64,000 nt of DNA from assembly GCA_964445485.1 (NCBI GenBank), contig CAYUPS010000002.1:102055-166054 (forward strand). Reading direction: 5' to 3'. Source of the stretch: an uncultured Methanosarcinales archaeon. Lineage in GTDB: Archaea; Nanobdellota; Nanobdellia; Woesearchaeales; ARS49. Positions 18,737 through 28,117 of the stretch are shown here, one piece after another; position 1 is the first letter of the stretch; every line of letters starts with the position of its first letter. The position numbers and the translations under genes were made by a program. The notes under the pieces are model-generated. The model made no database searches. It had not been told where the DNA came from and saw nothing but the letters and a program-made list of their open reading frames with translations.

Positions 18737-19330
18737 ATGGTTACCAAGAAACCACAGAAACAAGCAGCGAAGAAAGAAGCGACGACCGAAGGCAAGAGCA
18801 TCAAAGTCGTCAACATCGTCATCTCTGCGAACCTCGGGCACCCGATTCCGCTCGAGAAGATGGCCGCGACACTGCCCAACACGGAGTACAATCCCGAGCA
18901 GTTCCCCGGCCTCGTCATCCGCATCAAGGATCCGCAGACCAGCGCGCTGATCTTCAGCTCGGGCAAGATCGTCTGCACCGGCGGCCGCACGATGGACGAA
19001 GTCCACGCGAGCATCCGCAAGATCATGAAGAGCCTCGAGAAGATCAACGTCAAGATCAAGGAAGAGCCTGAGGCCAAGATCCAGAACATCGTGGCAAGCG
19101 GCTCTGTCGGCATGGACCTGAACCTCAACGTCCTCGCCATGAAGCTCGAGAACACGGAATACGAGCCTGAACAGTTCCCCGGCCTTGTCTACAAGCTGCC
19201 GGAGAAGAAGGCGACATTCCTGCTGTTCTCGAACGGCAAGGTCGTCTGCACCGGCACCAAGAGCGAAGCCGAAGTGCACACGGTCCTCGACATCCTGATC
19301 GAGAACCTCAAGAAAGTCAAGATGAAGTGA
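18737..19330 (+). CDS. tbp: TATA-box binding protein (TBP)
   Basis: Two direct TBP repeats (FPGLV...GKIVCTGG and FPGLVY...GKVVCTGT). GGAGGTG Shine-Dalgarno-like sequence upstream. Confidence 0.92.
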   Translation: MVTKKPQKQAAKKEATTEGKSIKVVNIVISANLGHPIPLEKMAATLPNTEYNPEQFPGLVIRIKDPQTSALIFSSGKIVCTGGRTMDEVHASIRKIMKSLEKINVKIKEEPEAKIQNIVASGSVGMDLNLNVLAMKLENTEYEPEQFPGLVYKLPEKKATFLLFSNGKVVCTGTKSEAEVHTVLDILIENLKKVKMK

Positions 19331-19518
19331 GCCCCGCTCACGTTCTTTTGTTTTTCTTCTCTTTTTTCTGCAATCCTTCCGCCCACTGGACACTGGTCCG
19401 CGGGCCAAAACGCTCGTAAATCCCTGCGTCTCCAGTGGAAGCGGCGGAAGCTGAGGACAGGCATAGGATCTGGGCCTCATAAATCGTTTTTAATCAGAAG
19501 CTCCCGTCTGATGCAAGC

Positions 19519-21525
19519 ATGGACGCAGCGGAACAGGTGCAACGGTGCGCGGACTTCATACAGAAACACTACCACGCGCAGCTCCTCGAGCGCCACCGCC
19601 AAGGCCATCGGCACCTGCCGATCAGCTTCAAAGTTCTCGCCGAGCACGAGCCTGAGCTCGCCGACCTCCTCCTCGACAAACCCGAAGACGTCATCAAAGC
19701 CGCGGAGATGGCGATCAAAGATCTCGAGCCGGAAGCGAAAGGCTTTCTCATCCGCATCACCGACCTCCCGAAATCCTCGAACATCCTCATCCGCAACGTG
19801 CGCTCGACAAGCCTGGGGAAGCTCCTCCTCTTCGACGGCGTCGTGCGCCAGAAAAGCGACGTTCGCCCCCAAGTCACCTCCGCGCGGTTCGAGTGCCCGC
19901 AGTGCAACAACACGCTGGTGATGCTACAGCTCGACAGCACGTTCCGAGAGCCCCAGAAGTGCTCTTGCGGGCGCAAAGGGAAATTCCGCCTTCTCTCCAA
20001 GGAGCTCGTCGACGCGCAAGGCATCGTGCTCGAAGAGGCGCCCGACCAGCTTGACGGCGGAGAGCAGCAGAAACGCATGAACGTCCTCCTGCAGAAGGAT
20101 CTCGTCAGCCCGCTCTCGGACAAGAAAACCAATCCCGGCGCGCGCATCCAGATCGTCGGCGTCGTCAAGGAAGTCCCCATCATCCTCCGCAGCGGAGGCC
20201 AGAGCACCAAATTCGACCTGATGATCGAAGCCAACAACGTCATCACCGTCGACGAGACGTTCAACGAGCTCATCATCTCCCCCGAAGAGGAGCAGAAGAT
20301 CATCGAGCTCAGCCAATCCCCCAACCTCCACACGAAGATCGCCGAATCCATCGCGCCTTCCATCTACGGCCATGAGCGCGTCAAGGAGGCGATGGCGCTG
20401 CAGCTCGTGTCGGGCGTGCGGAAGATGCGCCCGGACGGCGTCGTCACGAGGGGAGACATGCACATCCTGCTCATCGGCGACCCGGGCGCGGCCAAATCGC
20501 AGATGCTGCGCCGCGTCATGGTCGTCGCGCCCCGCGCAAGACTCGTGACGGGCAAGGGCGCGAGCGGCGCGGGTCTGAGCGCGAGCGTCGTCAAGGACGA
20601 ATTCCTGCAGGGCTGGTCGCTCGAGGCGGGCGCGATGGTCCTGGCGAGCGGCGGTATCTGCTGCATCGACGAGATGGACAAGATGTCGAAGGATGACACG
20701 AGCGCGATGCACGAGGCGCTTGAGCAGCAGACAGTCACGATCAGCAAAGCGAACATCCAGGCGACCCTCAGGTGCGAGACCACCGTGCTCGCGGCGGCGA
20801 ACCCCAAGTTCGGCCGGTTCGACCCGTACGAAGCCATCGGCAAGCAGATCGACCTACCGCCCGCGCTGATCTCGCGCTTTGACCTCATCTTCCCCATCAA
20901 GGACATTCCTGAGACCCGCAAGGACGAGCGCATGGCGAATTTCATCCTCGAGCTGCATAAGAACAACGTGCAGGAGCCGCCGGTCGACACAATTCTCCTT
21001 CGGAAGTATTTCGCCTATGCGCGCCAGCGCATCCACCCCACGCTCACGGACGGGGCTGTGGAGGAATTGCGCGATTATTTCGTGAAGATCCGCAGCTCTG
21101 CGGCAGGCGAAGGCAACCGGTCCATCCCCATCACTGCGCGCCAGCTCGAAGGCCTTGTGCGGCTCTCGGAAGCGAATGCCCGTCTGCGCCTCTCGAAGAA
21201 GGTGACACGCAAGGATGCCCAGCGCGCCATCGACATTCTCGATTACTGCCTGCGCCAGGTCGCGTATGACGAGAAGACAGGCACCATCGATATCGACCGC
21301 ATCTCGTCGGGAACGTCCGCGAGCGAGCGCAACAAGATCCTGACGGTCAAGGAGATCATCATGGAGCTTGAGGCGACATACAACAAGGCGATCCCTCTTG
21401 AGAAAGTGCTCGAGGCGGCCAAGGAGAGGGGTCTGACAGAGAGCGAGTTCGAGGAGATCATCGCGAAGCTCAAGAGGGGCGGGGATATCTTCGAGCCTCG
21501 CCACGGCATCATCGGCAGGCTCTGA
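19519..21525 (+). CDS. mcm: MCM replicative helicase
   Basis: Zn finger (CPQCN...CSCG), Walker A (GDPGAAKS), Walker B (CIDEMDKM) and arginine finger (SRFDL) are all present. No intein. Confidence 0.92.
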   Translation: MDAAEQVQRCADFIQKHYHAQLLERHRQGHRHLPISFKVLAEHEPELADLLLDKPEDVIKAAEMAIKDLEPEAKGFLIRITDLPKSSNILIRNVRSTSLGKLLLFDGVVRQKSDVRPQVTSARFECPQCNNTLVMLQLDSTFREPQKCSCGRKGKFRLLSKELVDAQGIVLEEAPDQLDGGEQQKRMNVLLQKDLVSPLSDKKTNPGARIQIVGVVKEVPIILRSGGQSTKFDLMIEANNVITVDETFNELIISPEEEQKIIELSQSPNLHTKIAESIAPSIYGHERVKEAMALQLVSGVRKMRPDGVVTRGDMHILLIGDPGAAKSQMLRRVMVVAPRARLVTGKGASGAGLSASVVKDEFLQGWSLEAGAMVLASGGICCIDEMDKMSKDDTSAMHEALEQQTVTISKANIQATLRCETTVLAAANPKFGRFDPYEAIGKQIDLPPALISRFDLIFPIKDIPETRKDERMANFILELHKNNVQEPPVDTILLRKYFAYARQRIHPTLTDGAVEELRDYFVKIRSSAAGEGNRSIPITARQLEGLVRLSEANARLRLSKKVTRKDAQRAIDILDYCLRQVAYDEKTGTIDIDRISSGTSASERNKILTVKEIIMELEATYNKAIPLEKVLEAAKERGLTESEFEEIIAKLKRGGDIFEPRHGIIGRL

Positions 21526-22590
21526 TCATCCTTGCTTGGAGAGGAAGATGCAGCTGGATGCCAGGTAACGGTCCTCTATCTTGTCGCACACGGTGAAGTC
21601 GTCCTTGATCGCGAATTCCATGTAGCAGCTGTCGCGCTTGAGCCTATCCTGTATGGCATTGCACAGCTCTGAGCGTGATGCCGCGGCGGCGATGGCGTCA
21701 AAGCACTCGTCTTGCCGCTCCTGGATGGGAATGGCGCGGCATAGCTGCACGGCCTCTTCATGCGAGCGGGCCGCTGCGATGAGCGCGTCGTCCGTGGTCG
21801 CGGTCGTGCCGCTCGCCGCCTGCGGTCTGCAGTCTTCCTGGCAGGTGATGCTCGTCTCGCCCGCTTCGCAGGCGTAGTTGCCGCAGCAGGGGACGATGGG
21901 TGTGTAGGCGCACCTGCCATCGACGCACGCGTCGCTCGTGCAGGCGTAGAAGTCATCGCACTTTGCAGGGCAGGAGGACGCGGCGGGAGCTGGCGGTGTG
22001 ATGGGTCCGGGAAGCGTCTCGTTACGCAAGGGACCAGCAGGAGCGGTCCCTGCGCGTTCGATGACGAGGGGCGCGGTCTTGCTCACGGGCGGGCCGCCGT
22101 GCATGGCGGTGACGCGGATGCTGTAGCGGCCGGGGGGCGCGTTCGACGGAATCGGGATTGTTTTCCGCAACGACGCGCTCCGGTCCACCGACACATCCTC
22201 CCGCTCGCTCCACAGGAGCGTTCCGCCGCTCGAGAGAAGCGCGTACGTGAGGGTGACTGCGGGGCGGCCGTCGCTCTCGAGCGTGATTGTCGCTTGAGCG
22301 GAACCGCCTGGCGGTATCGTCGCTTGCGGTGCCTGTACTGCCATCTGGAGCGACGCTTCGGTGGGAAGGAGCAGGAGGATGATGAAGGTGATGAGCGCGA
22401 GTCCGCCGATGCCGGCGCCGATCCATGCCCACGGGATGCCTGCCTGAGGGGATGCGCGGAGAGCGAGACGGATCGCCTGGTCTGCGTCGTAGGGGCCGTA
22501 GCCCGCGCGCAGCAGCTGCGCGCGGATGACCTGCGCGGAGTACCCCTGGCGGAGGAGCTGCTGGGCGTATGCCGTCGGAGGAAGAGCCAT
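21526..22590 (-). CDS. hypothetical single-pass membrane protein with a Cys-rich extracellular region
   Basis: N-terminal helical domain, a TM segment (WAWIGAGIGGLALITFIILLLL), a predicted beta-rich region, then two Cys-rich modules. Convergent with mcm. Confidence 0.45.
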   Translation of the reverse strand: MALPPTAYAQQLLRQGYSAQVIRAQLLRAGYGPYDADQAIRLALRASPQAGIPWAWIGAGIGGLALITFIILLLLPTEASLQMAVQAPQATIPPGGSAQATITLESDGRPAVTLTYALLSSGGTLLWSEREDVSVDRSASLRKTIPIPSNAPPGRYSIRVTAMHGGPPVSKTAPLVIERAGTAPAGPLRNETLPGPITPPAPAASSCPAKCDDFYACTSDACVDGRCAYTPIVPCCGNYACEAGETSITCQEDCRPQAASGTTATTDDALIAAARSHEEAVQLCRAIPIQERQDECFDAIAAAASRSELCNAIQDRLKRDSCYMEFAIKDDFTVCDKIEDRYLASSCIFLSKQG

Positions 22591-22659
22591 GTGGCGAGCA
22601 GAAAACCGCCCAGCAAACTATATAAATGTTGCGCGGACTCCGACGGGACACGGGGTCAA

Positions 22660-23211
22660 ATGGTCGCGCGCAAAACTGCAATCAAGGATATTCTCGGCGG
22701 CGAGCCTGTCGCGCAGGGAGAGAACACCCCTGCGGGCTGGCGCTGCGCGAGCGGCGAGTTCGTCGCGCAGGTCCACCTCGTTGGCACGATCGTGGCAGCA
22801 GCGGATGACGGCCAGAGCTATGCGCTCGATGACGGGACCGGACACATACTCCTGAGGGTATTCGACGCGCGAAAGAGCGTCCCCTTGAGCGTCGGACAGC
22901 TGGTGCGCGCGATCGGCCGTCCGCGCGAATTCGGCGATCCGTACATCGCGCTCGAGGTCTGCAAACCGCTCTCGGATCCCGCGTGGTTCGAGCTGCACAA
23001 GAAAGAGACCGTCTCGGCGGACGCGCCGGCGGCCGGCGGCGGGAAGGAGTCCCTGCTCGGCATCATCAGGGAGCTCGATACAGGGACGGGCGCGGCCTAT
23101 GAGCAGATCGTCTCCCGCTTCGGCGAGAAGACTGACGCGCTTTTGCGCAAGATGCTCAGCGACGGCGAGGTCTTCGAGACGGCCCCCGGCCGCATCAAAG
23201 TCCTCGAGTGA
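22660..23211 (+). CDS. OB-fold plus C-terminal winged-helix protein (RPA32/Stn1-like architecture)
   Basis: Start trimmed to MVARKTAIKD at 22660; upstream sequence of the listed ORF is antisense junk. TATA CTATATAAATG at 22617. OB-like core VHLVGTIVAAADDGQSYALDDGTGHILLRV and a C-terminal wH. Confidence 0.45.
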   Translation: MVARKTAIKDILGGEPVAQGENTPAGWRCASGEFVAQVHLVGTIVAAADDGQSYALDDGTGHILLRVFDARKSVPLSVGQLVRAIGRPREFGDPYIALEVCKPLSDPAWFELHKKETVSADAPAAGGGKESLLGIIRELDTGTGAAYEQIVSRFGEKTDALLRKMLSDGEVFETAPGRIKVLE

Positions 23212-23212
23212 C

Positions 23213-24064
23213 TCACCTGAAGAAGAGCGGCGTGACGAATACCTCGAGGATCGCCGCGACGAACAGTATGCCGACTGCGAGCAGCACGAGGTCGGAGAAG
23301 TCCAAGAGTATCTTCTCGAAATTCTGGGTGCGGTATTCCTTGCGCATCAGCGCGACAGAGAGTATGCCTCCCGCGAGACCCGCGACGAAGTACGCGAGGA
23401 TCTCGGGGATGCCGTGGATGGCGTAGCGCAGGAGCGAGAGCCCGCTGACGTAGAAGTACGCGCCGAATGCGGACAGCCCGCTCGCGTCGGCGAACTGCGC
23501 GAGATGGACGCGCACAAAGTTGCCTGCGGCGGCGCCGATGACTGATGCGTTCCATGCGAGGATGAAGATGGCGCCGCTGCCGTAGATGAACGAGAAGAGC
23601 AGGCAGAAGATCATGACCTTGATGTTGTTGAGGAATATCTTCGAGAGTATCTGCGCCTGCGCGAGGGCGCCTGTCACCTGCGGGTTGAGATTCGCGATGG
23701 TGTCCACCTGCGTCTTGAAGACGGAAGACGAGATGTCGCTCGGGAGCGCGACGTACCAGAGCGTGAACGCGAATGCCATGCCGCCGAAGAGGTACATGAA
23801 GAACCGCAGCGCCTTGCTGTGCTCCCGCAGCAGCGCGCGCTCATCGTCGATGATGCTGTCCTTGTGCTCTTCGAAACGGAGAGTGTGGAACATCAGCGGG
23901 AGCGCTGCGAGGGCGGTGAGGAACACCATGACCATGCCTGCCTGCTCCTCGAATATCCAGAGGCTGAGGAAGAGCGCGAGGGACGCGTAGAGGAAGCCGA
24001 GGATCCCTGCCTGCGCGGGATGCGTCTCCGCCTGCAGGGGATTGAGCAAGGACTCCAGCACCAT
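23213..24064 (-). CDS. DUF95/SpoIIM-like polytopic membrane protein
   Basis: Six to seven TM segments and the overall pattern fit COG1300. Divergent from aIF2-beta. Confidence 0.4.
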   Translation of the reverse strand: MVLESLLNPLQAETHPAQAGILGFLYASLALFLSLWIFEEQAGMVMVFLTALAALPLMFHTLRFEEHKDSIIDDERALLREHSKALRFFMYLFGGMAFAFTLWYVALPSDISSSVFKTQVDTIANLNPQVTGALAQAQILSKIFLNNIKVMIFCLLFSFIYGSGAIFILAWNASVIGAAAGNFVRVHLAQFADASGLSAFGAYFYVSGLSLLRYAIHGIPEILAYFVAGLAGGILSVALMRKEYRTQNFEKILLDFSDLVLLAVGILFVAAILEVFVTPLFFR

Positions 24065-24123
24065 TGGGTCAGAATGGTGCCTCGCGACTTTATATAGGTT
24101 TGCGCGTCTCGACCCGGCGAAGG

Positions 24124-24133
24124 TTTATAAATG
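24124..24133 (+). promoter_or_regulatory. TATA box (TTTATAAATG) for leaderless aIF2-beta
   Basis: About 25 nt upstream of the ATG at 24153. Confidence 0.5.
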
Positions 24134-24152
24134 CCCTCGGGGTTGCCGGTGC

Positions 24153-24563
24153 ATGATGGATTACGATCAACTGCTCAAGCGCGCACGCGACCGCATGCCT
24201 GCGGTCGTGTTCGAGAAGGCCCGCTTCGAGATCCCGAAGGTGCGAGGCCACCTGCAGGGCAGCCGCACCGTCATCAGCAATTTCCTCCAGATCGCCAGCA
24301 CGCTCCGGCGCGAGCCAGAACACCTGCTCAAATACCTCCTGCGCGAGCTCGCCACGCCAGGCAGCCCGAACCGCGACAGCCTCGTTCTCGGCTCCAAGGT
24401 CCCGGCATCGCGCATCAACGACAAGATCAAGCAGTATGCCCACGAGTTCGTGCTCTGCCCCTCCTGCGGCAAGCCCGACACAGACCTCCTGCGCGAGGGA
24501 GAGTTCACATTCCTGCGCTGCAGCGTGTGCGGCACCAAGACGACTGTCAAGAGCAAGATCTGA
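24153..24563 (+). CDS. eif2b: translation initiation factor aIF2 beta subunit
   Basis: Start trimmed to MMDYDQLL. C-terminal zinc ribbon CPSCGKPDT...CSVCG and conserved aIF2-beta core. Confidence 0.85.
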   Translation: MMDYDQLLKRARDRMPAVVFEKARFEIPKVRGHLQGSRTVISNFLQIASTLRREPEHLLKYLLRELATPGSPNRDSLVLGSKVPASRINDKIKQYAHEFVLCPSCGKPDTDLLREGEFTFLRCSVCGTKTTVKSKI

Positions 24564-24565
24564 GG

Positions 24566-27500
24566 CTAGCCGAACCAGGCCCCGAGCCCGGTCTGCTTCT
24601 CTTTCTCCCTGCCGAACACCCCTTCGATGCGGCGCTGCAGGAGCATGATGCTCTGCTGGAGATACGCGGAGAGGTTGTACTTCTTCGCGAGCGACACCGT
24701 GGGCTCAAGGTACTTGACGATGCTGCCCTGCGAGATCGTGAATATCAACTTGCCGTTGGCGCATTTGGTGCACCTGCCGACAAGCGGCGGTCTGCGGTAC
24801 TTCTCATTGCACCCGACACAACGGAACTCCTGCTCCGAGAACTTGCGCAGGTTGCCCTTGAGATCTTTGATGAAATGCTTCTCGATCACCAGCCGCGCGA
24901 CTTCCGCGGTCTTGACCGCACGGATGCGCTCTGCGAGGTCCATCTGACCCTTGAGCTTCTCCTCCATCGACGGCAGGGTCTTGTAGGCCGAGACGCGTAT
25001 GCCATCATTCAAGTCCTCTGTGTCGTGCGTGAAGCCCATGCCTTCGAACTGCGCGGGCGTGTTGAGCGTTGCCTTGATCTGAGGGATCTGCACTTCCGCG
25101 GGCGATGCGTACCTCAGCGCGGCCTCATAGAGCTGGAGCGGGTACTGCCAGGAGATATCCACGTCGAATGCCATATCATCTACCTCGGTCGGCGTGAGGA
25201 TGGACGTGAGCACGAGCGGAGCGTCCATCGTGCTGCCGCGCGAGCTCGGCAGGTACTTCTTGGAGAAGTTGAGGAGCGCATCCATGAGGAGCAGGACGCA
25301 GGATTCGTCGCCGTCGCAGTCCCTCCGTGTCGCCGCATGGATGTAGGGGTGCGCGAGGAATCCCTGCGTCTTGCTGAAGCCGATGATGCGGCCGACCATC
25401 CCTGCGGACGTGTGCGGCGCGAGGCAGACCACCAAGTGCCCGATGAGATCCTCCGCGCTGTTGACACGGTAGAACGGCTGCTCCTTGTAGAACGAGGAGA
25501 GCAGGTCATCGATGAACTGCGCGACACGGACGAGCACGCGATCGGCGCCCTCGTCTGGCGAGTCATCGCACGCGGGGAGGATGACATCCTGCGGCATGAG
25601 CTCGAGCACCTGCCCGTCATCGGTGAGCGGCTGCCCCTTGATGTCCGCGGTGTAACCGAGCTCGCGCAAGCGGTGCACGCCCGTCCCCACCTCTTTCGGT
25701 TTGAAGTGCGTGATGGGAAGCTCCGTCATGTCATACCGTGTGGTGCCGTCCTTGTTGACTGCGATGTCGTGCTTCGCCCGCAGAATGCCTTTGGCCAGGT
25801 GCTCAGGGGTGTGCTCTTTGTTCGATGTGCCGCGCACGCCCTTGATGAGGTCGGGGTAGGTGTTCATGCCGAGGGAGGCGAGGATGCGCGTGAAGTGGTG
25901 ACGGATGTCTATCTGCTGCGGCTTTGCGACACCCGGCGAGTCCGGATGAGGGCAGTTGGCGCTCTCACCGCACTGCGGGCACATCTTCACGCGCAGGGTC
26001 CGTTTCTCGCACCGCTCACACACGCGGAATATCGTGTTCGTCTTGCACGAGGCGCAGAAGTACACGGGAAAATCAGACTCCACCTTCCCCTTCTCGAGCG
26101 CCGCCTGGAAGCTGCGGAGCCTGCCCCCTTCATCTCCGACGGGAAACAGGGTGTGCGGCGAGCCGGTGAGCTCTCGCATCTTGGCTTTCTCGGGCCGGCC
26201 CATGCGGGCTCCGATGAATGTCCCTCCCTTATCGCGTATCGTCAGCGGCCCTGCGCTGTTGAGGAAGTCCAGAGGCGCGACGCCTGGCGCGCGGAGGAGC
26301 ATCTCGTGCGTCTCTTTGAGAGTGCGTGACGGAAAACCGAGAGACGCGAGAAACGCCTGGGCTGCATCCCCGTCTATCACGACGAACTCGTTGCCGATGA
26401 CGCTGTGGGGCACTGCCAGAATCTCGAGCGACCGCTTGGGCGCGTCGTTCTTCGGGAGCACGATCTTGCAGGGCCTGCCATCGTCATCCTGCGTGATCTT
26501 GGCGTCGCGGAGCCAGTGGACGAGCCCGACAAAGGAATCATACGTCAGCCCTCCCCAGTAATACGTGAATGACGGGTGGAGGGGGATCTTCGCTTTCTCG
26601 GCGAGCGTGAGCGCCGTCGATGCGCTCACCTGCGTCGTGAGAGGATTGCGGACGATTGTCTCGAGCTGACGGGAGGGAATCTCCACAAGCTCGGCGAGTT
26701 TCTGGAAGTCAAGGCTTCCGAACAGGTTGACGGTCGCCTTTTCCAGCTCCTGCGCCCACCATTCCTGGCAGTACCCTGCGGGCACAAGCGGGTGGTTGCG
26801 GTTCGCGAAATCCCCGTACGCGATCAGCACGTCTCCGAGGTACAGCAGCTCTTTGACTCTGTCCTTGACCTCCCGCGCTTCCTTGACCGACTTGATGTAG
26901 TGCACACTGCCGTCGACAAGCTTGACGACGGGTCCGTCGATTGTGCTGATCGCGGTCATGGACGCCGCTTTGCCGGGCCGCTCCACTTTGAGCTGCGTGC
27001 CGATCGCGATGTACTCATTGAGCAGCGCCATCGTGGCAGGATGGATGCTCTGGCCGGAATACCCCGAGACTCTCCCGCGGCCGTACCGGAGGCGGAACCC
27101 TCCGTGCGCGAGCGGGTGGCCGAGCACCGGCCTGCCCGCGACCAGATCGGCGATGTAGGTGAAATCGGGGGATATCTTCGCGCCACCCTCCTTCTTGGCC
27201 GCGCCGGCGCCCTTCGCCTTCTCTTTCTTCTGGATGGCGAGGAATTCCTCGAGGAACATCCACTGGTCCAGGTCGAACTCTTTGCCCCACTTCTGTATCT
27301 GCTTCCAGAGTTTCGGCGCCTTGAGCGGGATGCAGGAGGAGAGGATCAGGCAGTATCCCGAGCGGATCTGGTTCGTCGGAATGCGCGGCAGGTTCTTGAA
27401 ATTGCTGACCTCGATGCGCTCGGACGGGTCGCCCGAGACCTCGAGAGGGAGTTTTTTGAGGAGGAACTGCACCTCTGCTTCGCTCGGGAAGTATTGGAGG

Positions 27501-28117
27501 TTGGTGACGCGGTCATGGTAGTCGCGCAGCTCCGTGTTGGCGCGCTTGACCTCGTCGTCTGTCGCGTCGTAGACATCGTATCCCATCTTCTTCCGCACAT
27601 AATCTGCGATGATGACCGCGACCGCCGCGGCCGTGCCTCCTGCGTTACGGATGGGACCTGCGAAGTTGACGCAGAAGTACTTTCCGCGCTTGTCCATGCG
27701 GTCTTTGAGCTCGATGCTCACGATGCCGTCGAGCGGCGATGAGACGACGCCGACCGTGACGTAGGCGAACCCTGTGCGGATGCCGATATCCATCGCTTCA
27801 TGCGGGGTCTTGAACTTGCAGTATGTCTGCTTGGCGATCTCCTCGGCGATTGCGAGCGCGACGCGCCAGTCACCGAATCCGTATTTCTTCTCCAGTTCGG
27901 CGATTCTCTCGACGACCCCTGAGCCGACGATCTGCGGGGCGAGAACGCTGATGAGACCGACGACTCGCTCGGCGAGCGTCTCTGCGGTCTGCACTTCGAC
28001 AGTGTCGACCGGGTCGAGACCTTTCTTGCGCGCGAGGGCCGCCGCCGCGTTGGCTTTTGCTGTCGCCTTGCGGATGCTGTCGAAGTATGTCTCCATCCGG
28101 GCGCTCGCGCCGATCAT
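24566..28117 (-). CDS. polD-L: DNA polymerase II (PolD) large catalytic subunit DP2, no intein
   Basis: 1183 aa with conserved DP2 regions including Zn-binding Cys clusters (CASCKTNTIFRVCERCEKRTLRVKMCPQCG). Start overlaps the DP1 stop. Confidence 0.9.
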   Translation of the reverse strand: MIGASARMETYFDSIRKATAKANAAAALARKKGLDPVDTVEVQTAETLAERVVGLISVLAPQIVGSGVVERIAELEKKYGFGDWRVALAIAEEIAKQTYCKFKTPHEAMDIGIRTGFAYVTVGVVSSPLDGIVSIELKDRMDKRGKYFCVNFAGPIRNAGGTAAAVAVIIADYVRKKMGYDVYDATDDEVKRANTELRDYHDRVTNLQYFPSEAEVQFLLKKLPLEVSGDPSERIEVSNFKNLPRIPTNQIRSGYCLILSSCIPLKAPKLWKQIQKWGKEFDLDQWMFLEEFLAIQKKEKAKGAGAAKKEGGAKISPDFTYIADLVAGRPVLGHPLAHGGFRLRYGRGRVSGYSGQSIHPATMALLNEYIAIGTQLKVERPGKAASMTAISTIDGPVVKLVDGSVHYIKSVKEAREVKDRVKELLYLGDVLIAYGDFANRNHPLVPAGYCQEWWAQELEKATVNLFGSLDFQKLAELVEIPSRQLETIVRNPLTTQVSASTALTLAEKAKIPLHPSFTYYWGGLTYDSFVGLVHWLRDAKITQDDDGRPCKIVLPKNDAPKRSLEILAVPHSVIGNEFVVIDGDAAQAFLASLGFPSRTLKETHEMLLRAPGVAPLDFLNSAGPLTIRDKGGTFIGARMGRPEKAKMRELTGSPHTLFPVGDEGGRLRSFQAALEKGKVESDFPVYFCASCKTNTIFRVCERCEKRTLRVKMCPQCGESANCPHPDSPGVAKPQQIDIRHHFTRILASLGMNTYPDLIKGVRGTSNKEHTPEHLAKGILRAKHDIAVNKDGTTRYDMTELPITHFKPKEVGTGVHRLRELGYTADIKGQPLTDDGQVLELMPQDVILPACDDSPDEGADRVLVRVAQFIDDLLSSFYKEQPFYRVNSAEDLIGHLVVCLAPHTSAGMVGRIIGFSKTQGFLAHPYIHAATRRDCDGDESCVLLLMDALLNFSKKYLPSSRGSTMDAPLVLTSILTPTEVDDMAFDVDISWQYPLQLYEAALRYASPAEVQIPQIKATLNTPAQFEGMGFTHDTEDLNDGIRVSAYKTLPSMEEKLKGQMDLAERIRAVKTAEVARLVIEKHFIKDLKGNLRKFSEQEFRCVGCNEKYRRPPLVGRCTKCANGKLIFTISQGSIVKYLEPTVSLAKKYNLSAYLQQSIMLLQRRIEGVFGREKEKQTGLGAWFG

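Noticed and set aside
24131-26329. 732-aa ORF on the plus strand
   Set aside because: Antisense to the highly conserved PolD DP2 gene. R/A/G/P-rich low-complexity translation typical of GC-rich antisense frames. No recognisable motifs.
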